DNA of 21,710 bases from assembly GCA_965233585.1 (NCBI GenBank), contig CBDDTI010000380.1, positions 1-21,710 of the forward strand, in the 5' to 3' direction. This document shows, in pieces, positions 7,889 to 19,707 of the stretch. The notes beneath the pieces are model-generated. The model was not told the origin of the DNA. It made no database searches and saw nothing but the letters and a program-made list of their open reading frames with translations. The translations under genes and the position numbers were made by a program. The DNA comes from a bacterium. Its GTDB lineage: Bacteria > SAR324 > NAC60-12. Numbering within the stretch: the stretch's first letter is position 1; each line of letters starts with the position of its first letter.

Positions 7889-10179
7889 CAGGTCTCTGTT
7901 CAAGTAGTGTTACGGCCGCACTTGCATTAATGACCGTTATCACTCAATTGCTACTATGGGACAAATTACTTTCATCTTTACTGTACTTGGGCCAAGTCTA
8001 AACGTCCCCATATAAAGGGCTAACTCACATACGACCGCTCTCATGTGGCTTTGATAGCTCAGTTGGGAGAGCACTGCACTGGCATCGCAGAGGTCGTGGG
8101 TTCGAATCCCGCTCAGAGCCTGAAAATTTTTTCAGGTCTCTGTTCAAGTAGTGTTACGGCCGCACTTGCATTAATGACCGTTATCACTCAATTGCTACTA
8201 TGGGACAAATTACTTTCATCTTTACTGTACTTGGGCCAAGTCTAAACGTCCCCATATAAAGGGCTAACTCACATACGACCGCTCTCATGTGGCTTTGATA
8301 GCTCAGTTGGGAGAGCACTGCACTGGCATCGCAGAGGTCGTGGGTTCGAATCCCGCTCAGAGCCTGAAAATTTTTTCAGGACAAATTACTTTCATCTTGT
8401 TCAAGTAGTGTTACGGCCGCACTTGCATTAATGACCGTTATCACTCAATTGCTACTATGGGACAAATTACTTTCATCTTTACTGTACTTGGGCCAAGTCT
8501 AAACGTCCCCATATAAAGGGCTAACTCACATACGACCGCTCTCATGTGGCTTTGATAGCTCAGTTGGGAGAGCACTGCACTGGCATCGCAGAGGTCGTGG
8601 GTTCGAATCCCGCTCAGAGCCTGAAAATTTTTTCAGGTCTCTGTTCAAGTAGTGTTACGGCCGCACTTGCATTAATGACCGTTATCACTCAATTGCTACT
8701 ATGGGACAAATTACTTTCATCTTTACTGTACTTGGGCCAAGTCTAAACGTCCCCATATAAAGGGCTAACTCACATACGACCGCTCTCATGTGGCTTTGAT
8801 AGCTCAGTTGGGAGAGCACTGCACTGGCATCGCAGAGGTCGTGGGTTCGAATCCCGCTCAGAGCCTGAAAATTTTTTCAGGTCTCTGTTCAAGTAGTGTT
8901 ACGGCCGCACTTGCATTAATGACCGTTATCACTCAATTGCTACTATGGGACAAATTACTTTCATCTTTACTGTACTTGGGCCAAGTCTAAACGTCCCCAT
9001 ATAAAGGGCTAACTCACATACGACCGCTCTCATGTGGCTTTGATAGCTCAGTTGGGAGAGCACTGCACTGGCATCGCAGAGGTCGTGGGTTCGAATCCCG
9101 CTCAGAGCCTGAAAATTTTTTCAGGTCTCTGTTCAAGTAGTGTTACGGCCGCACTTGCATTAATGACCGTTATCACTCAATTGCTACTATGGGACAAATT
9201 ACTTTCATCTTTACTGTACTTGGGCCAAGTCTAAACGTCCCCATATAAAGGGCTAACTCACATACGACCGCTCTCATGTGGCTTTGATAGCTCAGTTGGG
9301 AGAGCACTGCACTGGCATCGCAGAGGTCGTGGGTTCGAATCCCGACAAATTACTTTCATCTTTACTGTACTTCAAGTCCATTAATGACCGTTATTTGGGA
9401 TTACTTTGCTGTTTTTGTCGCTAGCGTCTTTACGAGTCTGTTAGATGCAGTTAACAAGTTACTTCACGGATTTGAATGGCACCTCAACACGTCAGGAGAG
9501 TAGACCGTCAAAGACTTGTCTTTTGTGTCAAATCACAAAGGAGAATAATTCTTGTTCGAGAGAGTGCAGAGGACTTATTATCGCAATGTAATATAGATAA
9601 ACAGTAAAAAGCTCGAGAAATTGGAATTAAAATGTCTACATTGCCTGTAAAGCTTTTGTAATCATATTGAAAGCGAAGATTAAAGCCAACAGTTTTCTAC
9701 GTTTTGCACGATCTGTTCTGTGTTTGACTGGTCAAAAAGTACAGACGCCCTGCGGTTGGGCCGGAGCATTTGAAAATGCGGTGGTTAGAAAACACATGAT
9801 CCACCCCTTCCATTTGGCACAATAGGTTTAAAATCACATGACCCACTACCCCCTCCCCCTTCACACCCCCGCCAATAAGACATTTGATTGCATAATCCTA
9901 CAAAATCACATTTTGTATATGAAATTATGGTAACATTTACGTTTAAAAAGTGATGTTTTCCTTTACCCTTACAACTTTATGTCACGTCCGTAAACGCCCT
10001 AAACCTTTCGCACTAGTTCTCCAGCCTTGCTACGGGTGGATCAGTGATCCATTTAGAAAAAGGCTGTAGTGAGTTCTGGGAGTCACATGGCCAGTAATCT
10101 ACGAGTCCCAGATCTATAAACATCATAGGAAAAATAGCATGTAGGCACAAGTTGGCACCATTATGCCAACAGAGCCAGA

Positions 10180-10420
10180 GTACCTCGGAGTACTTAACTC
10201 CTAATACTGTAAAACCCGCCCAGGCCACCAGCCACGTAAAACAAAGTCTTGGTTATAACGGGGGATCACTATGCAACAGTTTGTCAAGAAAACTACACAA
10301 AACACACTCACTTGGGCGTTTCAAAAGCGAATTTAGCTGATTCTATAAGAATACTCCATCAGGCCCCAACACGGCAGTCTTGTAAGTAGTTCTGTATTAT
10401 TTTAACTAAGTAGTATGTAG
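10180..10420 (+). mobile_element. Degenerate 3' end of a CR1/L2-type LINE
   Basis: Peptide ...TSHVKQSLGYNGGSLCNSLSRKLHKTHSLGRFKSEFS* resembles the 'K.SF.Y.G..LWNSLP..L....SL..FK' C-terminus of CR1/L2 ORF2, followed by a short UTR-like tail. Boundaries approximate. Confidence 0.55.
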
Positions 10421-10524
10421 CCTACTGTAGTCATACAGTAAAAAACCCGACTGTACATCGCTCACGAGGTGCGCCGAAGTGGTAGTTGGCCCATTGTTTC
10501 GCCCACGTTTCAAAGGACACCCAT

Positions 10525-11040
10525 GGGCCTTTTCACATGGAAGTGGGGGACCTCAGGCAGGTGAGGTCTTAGGTGGGGTACCCCACCAAGGTGGGTTACC
10601 CGGTCAGCCTGTCCGGGTAACCCGCTTCAGTGGGGTGAGTTTTCTCCATGTGAAAACTGCAGAGTGGGGTAACCCGCCTAACCGGGGCAATCAAATCACT
10701 CGAGCGTGGCGAGTTATTTCGACGATCTCACCTCAAAACCGCCAAAACGCTGATGAAATTGACAGTGCTGGCGACAATTTAGGCGTGGTCATCGCATAGT
10801 CAGACTATTCAGCTGAATCAAACTAAAGTTTTGCCTGGAACAACGACATTTAAGCGAAAAGCAGCTTTATTGGAATAAATGATAGTTCTTTGTTTATGTG
10901 CGTGCTTAGCGACCGAGTGACTGCATTTTGGACCTCACCCCGCGCCTCCTTAATTGCATGTGAAAAGAAGTGTTTCTTTACCACGGGTAGGTGAGGTACC
11001 TCACCTCTCCGGGGTCCCCCATTTCCATGTGAACAGGCCC
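10525..11040. mobile_element. MITE with ~43-bp terminal inverted repeats (PIF/Harbinger-like)
   Basis: GGGCCTTTTCACATGGAAGTGGGGGACCTCAGGCAGGTGAGGT (10525-10567) versus the reverse complement of 10998-11040: 37/43 match. Right flank TAA, left flank CAT, so no intact TSD. No transposase ORF. Confidence 0.8.
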
Positions 11041-11323
11041 TAAGAAGTCACAGGAACCTTCACATATAAGGTAGCGTTCTCTTGAAGTCGAACGCAATTA
11101 ACACTTAATCCCTGGTCCGGAGAGAAACAGTTTGTTTTGTTTTCCCGATAATTTGTCTCGATATTTTCCGAGACGAAGTCTTTCTTCTGAACTAAATCAT
11201 TACGAAATATAGCTCAAGGCTTGGTTTGGAAATCTAACAGTAATCTAAGAAGTTAAGTATAATTCATTTCAGTAAACATGTTTCTAGATCTCTCTCGAAG
11301 GCTTTATTAATTAATCGTGTGGT

Positions 11324-13286
11324 TTAACAGCGATGCTTATTGAAATATTGTGTAATACATTGTACTTGTAGTACTTTTACACCATTTTAAAAAAAGGTTA
11401 ATGGGAGTGCAGCCGTCACGCTGTTTGCTTTCTCCTTCTCCTTCACTTTACAGAGTCCTTAAGAACATCCTCGTGTCCGCGCGTCTTTGAGGAGAACAGT
11501 TACATGATCTGATAACATGTGCAACTAAACGCCATGATGGCATGCATTCTCCCTAAGCAAAGCAAAGTAAAATGCGTTGTTTAATTCCTACAAGAGAGAA
11601 AAGTTACGTAGGCAGCCACTGTAGTGCAACAGTGAAACAAAGGTTAAATATCGTAAAATTCCGGCTATAAGCCCTGGGCTTATACAACTTCATAACGGAT
11701 TTTGGGTGGGGTTATAAGGAGAGGACATATATCCGGGGAGGGGGGAAATTATAATCATCGAAAAACAAAAAAAGTTTTGAGGTGAGCTGATCAAACCAGC
11801 TAGCTTCCAGTTGTATTTTATCTTTTGGGGAACATGAAACATCAAGCACAGCTACGAAAACAAATACAGGAAGTACAGAGGTCATTGTATGGTGCTTCCT
11901 CGTAATGGCAGATGCTAGAGGTATGTTTTGTGCACAAATAAGCCTTTTGAAATTGAATAAAGATTAATCTTTTTCAAGAGATGCTCTGCGAGTCGGTTTT
12001 TGAAAACTGTTGCACACTTCAAAACAAATTTTTCAGCGGAATTTGACAAAATGGTGACAAATATATTGTTCCACATTCCACTGGTCATATGACAATACTG
12101 TCAAAAGATGAAAAAGTAAAAGAGGAGTTACATCGGGTGTTGGGGGAGGGGCAGGGGGTTGGCGCTTATAACCGGAATAGGTTTTTGCTTACATATAGAT
12201 GGGAGGGGGGGGGGGGGAAGAATGTGCCAAAGCACTTTAAATTGGGTTTATAAGCTCTAAACTAATTAATAGATTTTGAACAATGCACTTATTATTACAC
12301 GACCAAGCTAGTTCAGAGAGCCAATGACTACAATCAACCAGTTAGACTGCTGCATAACCGATCCTGACGATCACTCGTAAGTTTGAAGATTTTCCTCTAA
12401 TTTTATGGCTCACGATTGTGAAAGAACTTGTTTTCATATAAGTAATTTCTTTTCTTTTTCTTCAAACTCTCATTTCCTTCCGTGTTGCTTAAAATCAGAC
12501 GTCAGTACACGTCCAGAGGGATTCCAATCAGAATTCAAAGCTTGAAGTTTGCGATGCTTTTCCAGTCCGTGATCGTGGTTTTTTAGTCGTGTAACAATTC
12601 TCTAATCCGTTAACAGCGCTGCTTATTGAAATATCGTGTAATATATTGTTCCTGTAGTACTTTTACACCATTTAAAAAAAAGATTAATGGGAGTGCAGCC
12701 GTCACGCTGTTTGCTTTCTCCTTTTCCTTCGCTTTACAAAGTCCTTAAGAACATTCTCGTGTCCGTGTCTCCTTGAGAAGAACTGCTACGTTATCTGATA
12801 ACATGTGCAACTAAACGCCATGATGGCATGCATTCTCCCTAAGCAAAGCAAAATAGATATAATACTAAATTCCTACAAGAGAAAAAATTTAAGTAGTCAA
12901 CCATTGCAGGGGGATTGGAGGGGGTAATGTGCCAAAACACTTTAAGTTGGGTTCTAATCTATGTGAGAGATTTTGAACAATATACTTATTTATTACACGA
13001 CCAAGCTAATTCAGAGGGCCATTGACTACAATCAACCAATCGGATTTCTCCATTGCCGGTCCCGAGGATCACTCTTAAGTTTGAAGATTTTCCATTAGTT
13101 TTTATGGCTCACGTTCGTGAAAGAACTTTCTTTAACATAAGCGATTCGATTTTTTGTTCTTTAAACTCTATCTTCCTTCTGTGTTGCTGAACATCAGGCG
13201 TGAGTATTCGCCCAGTCGGATTCCAATTCGAATTCAACGCTTAAAGTTTGCGATGTTTTTACAGTCCGTTATGGTGGAATTTTTTC
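11324..13286. repeat. Diverged tandem segmental duplication of two ~0.67-kb copies; copy A carries ~0.6 kb extra
   Basis: 11324-11624 matches 12610-12909, and 12221-12584 matches 12926-13286. 11625-12220 is almost entirely absent from copy B. Confidence 0.92.
11650..12217 (+). mobile_element. Partial MITE-like repeat
   Basis: Starts TATCGTAAAATTCCGGCTATAAGCCCTGGGCTTATAC, with internal G-rich GCTTATAACCGG-type motifs. No matching right TIR found. Confidence 0.45.
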
Positions 13287-13449
13287 ATAGCGCTTTCAGT
13301 CATGTAATATTTCTCTCATTAACTCCCAAGAAATATATATATTCTAGATACTTATGGACTACATGCCTACCGATAACTATGACTTTTACTGGGACATTAA
13401 GTATAGCCCCAAATTGATTTTTTTTCAGTAAGGTCAGTATATGTCGTTA

Positions 13450-13863
13450 TTGTTCATCGTCACTGTCAGCATAATCATCATCTTTATATCAGACGTTATT
13501 TCCAACGTATCTTACTATCGTCATCACAATCCTCACTGCCATCGTCACTCTCATAGTCGCCAGCGTTGTCATCATCCTTATTTGCATCATTATCCTAATC
13601 GCCATCGTCATTATACATGTCAGGTTTGTAATCCTCATCATCACCGCTATCATCACCGCCATCATCACTGAAAAGATCATCCTCGCGGTCACAACAGCAT
13701 AAACATCACGGCAGTCGCCGCCGTCGTCGTCGTCGTCGCCCTCTCCCTCGCCCCCGTTACCGTCATAGTCAACGTCATCGTCGTCGTCAGCGTCACCATC
13801 ACTGTCACAATCACCGTCAGCGTCACTATCAGCGTCACCGTCAGCGTCACTGTCAACGTCATG
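13450..13863. repeat. Low-complexity degenerate trinucleotide tract (CAT/CGT/CAC)n
   Basis: Runs of catcat, cgtcgtcgt and cgtcac; explains the spurious His-rich and Met-rich ORFs. Confidence 0.9.
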
Positions 13864-14636
13864 GTTTGAGTGGGCTATAACTCTATCTCAACAGAGCGAA
13901 AATGACACCTGAGTGAATGAATACTACATATCTAGTTTTTAAGAATAATGAATTACAGAATTAATATTCATAGGAGACTAATTGCATGTAAATTTCAATC
14001 TACATAGGTTTTGTTCAGGTTTTAGTTGCCTAAGGAACTCTTTGAGTACAGCTTATGCTGACAGGCTTACTCTGGTTAAATATGTAACAAGTGAATATTA
14101 ACTAACTAATTACCACTGAATAAAATGATAGCGGTGCCAGAAACATATTTTTGGTAGTTCACGTTTTGGTTATACTTTACATTCCTCTCGTATTTAAGTG
14201 GGAAGCTAAGAGTAACTAAATTAAGTGTAGTCATTTGGCATTAAGTTATTAGTTTAACTCTTATATATTAGCTATCAGGATATTAGCCTAAACTCTCAAA
14301 CTGAATCCGAAGGCATGCCTTAAAGATTCGGCATCTGCAAAAACTACCAAGAAACTGTAAAGTTGTCGTTGATGTTATATCATTCTATTACTACAGATAG
14401 CTTACGGTGTTTATGCCAATAGTCCGGTTTTTACGTGATTTCTGGAGCAATCTTCTGTACCAAGACGATGCTTCACTATTCAGAGGAACGTGATTTAAGA
14501 AGAGACTTTACCGAGTAGTGTTTAATTCTAATTCTACTTTTAAATTTCTGGGCAAATCTTCACTATGGGCCAATCTCCAGCATTCACATGGAAACCAGCC
14601 TTAATCTACCAGCACATTCTACATATTGTCGGCGGA

Positions 14637-14830
14637 TTACAACTTTGTGTCATACTCCAAGGCTCCGTCCGGGAAAGATGCCTCCTCTGTGGCTGTCTGC
14701 AACGTGTCACCGCCGGTTTTGTCGTGATCGCTTTCAACGTCAAGGGCATCCTTAGAATGATCTAAAGAATGTTCATCCGGTCCTGGCTGGCACTGTTCTT
14801 CTCTGGATTCCTCTTCAACTTGATCGTTTG
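14637..14830 (-). CDS. Terminal coding exon of an unidentified gene (acidic, probably disordered C-terminus)
   Basis: Pyrimidine-rich stretch then CTAG acceptor (14834-14831), phase 1. Encodes (A)NDQVEEESREEQCQPGPDEHSLDHSKDALDVESDHDKTGGDTLQTATEEASFPDGALEYDTKL*. Confidence 0.6.
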
Positions 14831-14908
14831 CTAGTTTGCACGAAACATAGAACAAAAGTTAAAACTCAATGTCGTTAGCCAGTCGGTTGCATTAGTCAGT
14901 GAATGACA

Positions 14909-14933
14909 AAATCAATCAATCAATCAATCAATC
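14909..14933. repeat. (AATC)n microsatellite
   Basis: About six AATC units. Confidence 0.85.
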
Positions 14934-15276
14934 ATTGGATGGATCGTTTGATTAATCACACAATCGATTTTTAATGGAACGTCACAGAAGGTACTTTCTG
15001 GTTTACGTATGAGTGGTGTCTAGTTCTAGGCTGTTCTATGAAAAAGTGCTGGAAGTTTACTGGGACTATCCATCGCAGCATAAGTACTCTTCATGATGAT
15101 AAGATAGATAAGACGGGGTGGGAATGCAGCATGACGGATGAGTAAGAAAGGACAAATTAGATCTTACAAGACAGACACAAGACTTTATCATTACGATCGA
15201 CATTTTTCCCTGACTAAGTACCAACTTTTCTCTTCGGAGGCCATCACTTCGAAGACATTAAGTTTCAAGTGTACGA

Positions 15277-15438
15277 GGGCCCGTTTCTTGAAACCCCTGA
15301 AACCTTTTCGGGCCCGCAAAGCCATAGCAAAGTCTCGAACCTTACGATTAAAGAGCTGTTTTATTCACTCGCATATTCGTAATAAGCTTTAATATGTTCC
15401 CGTCATACAAGAAGTTTCAGGCGCATTCGCTTCTCCAA
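15277..15438 (+). mobile_element. One end of a MITE-like element
   Basis: GGGCCCGTTTCTTGAAACCCCTGAAACCTTTTCGGGCCCGCAAAGCC resembles a recurrent TIR-element terminus (recall). No partner TIR seen. Confidence 0.45.
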
Positions 15439-15792
15439 TTTTAACTTGGAAAATAATTGTTATTTTTCAAGTTGTAGTGGTGGGACGATTTCACTCCATC
15501 ACTCCATCACTGCACAGACTCACACTCTGCAGCCTTGATCAGAAACATACATAAATTAAAATAAAATTTAAATTTAAATTGATCGGTTAGTTTGCTTAAT
15601 TAAGTATAAAAGCTACAACAAAAAACGACATAAATTGATAGCAGCCTGGTCCTTTCATTGGTGTGCGATTCTAATCCTTCTTTTGCTGCATGCCTCGTTG
15701 TGTTGTGCTTCTGCTGTTGATTTATCAGGAGAAGAGCCCAAACGCCTGAATGCACACTCTTGTTCAGTTTTCAGTCTTAAAGTAAAGCGTAC

Positions 15793-15858
15793 CTTGTTCC
15801 GGACCTTGGACATCAAGAACTTCCATTTCCACCATTTCACCATTTCCTTCTCCTGAGT
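15793..15858 (-). CDS. Internal 66-nt exon of the same unidentified gene
   Basis: TTTGCTTGTTTAG acceptor and CAAG|GTACGC donor; encodes xSGEGNGEMVEMEVLDVQGPEQ. Phase 1/1, joining the 14830 exon in frame (G|CA = Ala). Confidence 0.55.
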
Positions 15859-17541
15859 CTAAACAAGCAAACAAACTTAGCTTCAAAAGTATGCATTGGA
15901 GGTTGTGTTTGACACTGACTCTGGTAAAACTATTTTAGCAGAGTCAGTGTACAGATGTAAGATGTACAGATGCTTGTAATGAAAAACGTGTAGGCAGGCC
16001 TGAGAAACAAACAGTTTATTAACGTTGAACTGTTTCATTATGCAAAAATCACGATAGATCATTTTCACTGTCACGCAGCAAAAACTAAATCGAAAACCAT
16101 GCAGTGGAAAAAGTTAAGAAATTGCGGTGTTAGAAGATAAATAAATAAGAAACTTCTCCAAGTTTTGGGCCTGTGGCTTTCTCCAAACCTCAGAGTAGTC
16201 ATAGAGGGTCAGAATTAAGCCTTGTTGGTGTATATGTATATGTATAGGTATAGGTATAGGTATCGGCCGTCGAGTCAACGACGTCACCTATTGCTAAAAC
16301 ATAGGGAAAAAATGCGTTCCTGCATACTAATGTGGATTTCCTGCATACTAATTCGGTATAGGTTTACTAATAAGCATCGCCCTAAAACAATGAAAACAAT
16401 AAGCTTGTCTGGGCTTGCCCGCTAATAGTGAACCCTGATTGACTCATGAGAAATCTTTTACGTATTCAAAATAAAAGCGCGAATTTTAACGAAAGCGTGA
16501 TTCCTTCATTCAACTTGAACTCACAGGAAACTTGAAAACTTCTCCGATTTTCGAAACCGGGCTCTTTTAACCCCAATTTGTTCGTGAAAATGCCTGTTAA
16601 GTTTTTATCTGACCTCTCCGCTTTGACGATGAGAGTGAATTAATTCTTAGCTAACTGCCCGAGTTTTCCGCTCCGTTAGTCATGCACTGAACTCTACTTT
16701 CAACCCTAGATTTGCATAATGACAAACTCGAACGGAGAAACCCATGGGACCACTCTATCATTGAAATTACGACAATTGAAGTTCGGAGCGCTCAACACGC
16801 GACAATAGATATTTTCGTTTCTTGATTATTACTTTGGAGCAACTTCAGAATACCCGTCCACTCCATTTACATGTGTCGGTGTGCTTTGAAGAACGAGGAA
16901 TATAACAATAGTTGCTATTCTTATTCAATGAGATGCTAATAAGTGGACGGTTATTCTGAAGTTTAGCCATTACTTTTATTAGCGAAATGATTGAAATACA
17001 CAGAGATTTGAAATGAATTTAAAAAAAAATTCATTTATTGACAACGAAAGCTCCAACAACTACGAAGTGTTTAACACAAAGTAAATCAGGAAATTAGGAT
17101 GCAATGAACAATAAGACTGAAGTCCGCTTAACAAAGAAATAAACCCCAATCGAACAACACACTAGATATCGGTTTGAAATACATTTGAAGGACACAGCGC
17201 TATAATGTGGCATTTTTGGCGTTTATGGCTGTCGTTCCGTATTAAATTGACAATAAATTTCATGTCATAAACAGCATTGTTGTTAAGTATTTGTTCATAT
17301 TTTTTACCCGAAACACAATGTTTTCAAATTTGTTTTTAGCGCGCTCCCATTAGCGGACCCCATTTAAAGTTTGTAAATAAATTTCTCGCTTTTTGCAAAT
17401 TGAAAATAAATAGTTGTATATAGCCTTTTACAGATGCTGTACATACGAAAATTGTAAATAAATCATTGGTTGAATTGAACCATGGCTTGTTTCCTGACTC
17501 GACGCTCGAGATCTCCACGCGCTCTCAGGGAAAACACAGGG

Positions 17542-18948
<1,407 letters not shown>

Positions 18949-19055
18949 TTCGCTTTCTCCATTTTCTTCATCATCCCACCATTCGCTTCATGCCCGATCC
19001 CGCACTCGTCAAAAGCAAGATGTGAAATGATCGAACTCAGTAAGGGTTATTGCAT

Positions 19056-19382
19056 TTATAGCAGAAGAAATCCCAAGCTACTTATAACTGGGGGCAACAA
19101 GTCTTAAATAAATCCACCACCCTCTTGCACAAGAATATGCTTTTTCTTCTTGTAGGGAACATGCGGTTCTGCAAGACTAATTAGAGCATCCTTATATGGA
19201 AGCAATTTCTGTCTGTTTTCTTCGGGAAAGGGGATGCATTCCTTGAGCACATTGTATAAAACTTGAACTAATGCGTGAACTTGTTGCGGGGTGGCAGTCC
19301 TTAATAGAAACTCGCATTGATGGGTAGGACTATGCGCTAACAGTTGAAGAAAACCACGGTTGTTCTTTACTACCTGAGACAT
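19056..19382 (-). pseudogene. Small Polinton-type protein with QxGGGF-hydrophobic tail; premature TAA
   Basis: MSQVVKNNRGFLQLL...YNVLKECIPF...LLPYKDALISLA...KKKKHILVQEGGGFI*DLLPPVISSLGFLLL*, with the internal stop at 19104-19106. The longer track ORF only adds minisatellite-derived sequence. Confidence 0.65.
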
Positions 19383-19455
19383 AATTGCAGACTGAACTAG
19401 AGACACAGGTTTACAGTTTTTTAAAGAATTGTGATGGCGGTGGCGGTGGTTTAAA

Positions 19456-19640
19456 ACAATATAATTGAGGAGGAGGAGGAGAGAGAACAATAGAATTGAG
19501 GAGGAGGAGGAGGAGGAGGGAAAACAATAGAATTGAGGAGGAGGAGGAGAGAGAACAATAGAATTGAGGAGGAGGAGGAGGAGGAGGAGAGAAAACAGAA
19601 TTGAGGAGGAGGAGGGAAAACAATAGAATTGTGGTGATTG
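19456..19640. repeat. Compound minisatellite AACAATAGAATT(GAG)n
   Basis: Five units with variable GAG runs plus a GTG variant, lying between divergent ORFs. Confidence 0.92.
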
Positions 19641-19707
19641 AAGCCTATATAAATGTGAAACATCATACATATTTTGTCAGTTTGCACTAAGCTTTGAATG
19701 AGTTGAC

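Larger units (their letters stand above)
7475..9394 (+). repeat. Tandem array of 244-bp tRNA-like units with inverted first segment and scrambled end
   Basis: tRNA-like heads at 7803, 8047, 8291, 8548, 8792, 9036 and 9280 (last partial, to 9344). Period is 244 except one 257-bp unit. Units look identical by eye; inverted partial copy at 7475-7627. Confidence 0.97.

Noticed and set aside
7801..9234. Five identical 66-aa ORFs (MALIAQLGEH...)
   Set aside because: GTG-start translations of the tRNA-like repeat unit, with no independent coding evidence.
7626..9344. CRISPR array, or retron/DGR system (repeats beside an RT)
   Set aside because: Units are fully repeated with no unique spacers, no cas genes are present, the RT is a eukaryotic LINE ORF2 with a poly(A) tail, and there is no TR/VR pair with adenine-specific differences.
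10479..10799. 106-aa ORF
   Set aside because: Lies almost wholly within the GC-rich MITE and has no transposase motifs.
13441..13692. His-rich and Met-rich ORFs
   Set aside because: Artefacts of the degenerate (CAT/CGT)n tract.
15600..15745. Possible alternative terminal exon ending ...ESHTNERTRLL (dileucine-like motif)
   Set aside because: Would need an intron of under 50 nt and has a weak acceptor; not supportable from sequence alone.
16268..17504. 10-bp inverted match CGTCGAGTCA (16268-16277 / 17495-17504)
   Set aside because: Too short and does not extend; could be chance.
19411..19687. Poly-Pro/Ser/Leu ORFs and the N-terminal half of the 188-aa ORF
   Set aside because: Translations of the (GAG)n minisatellite.
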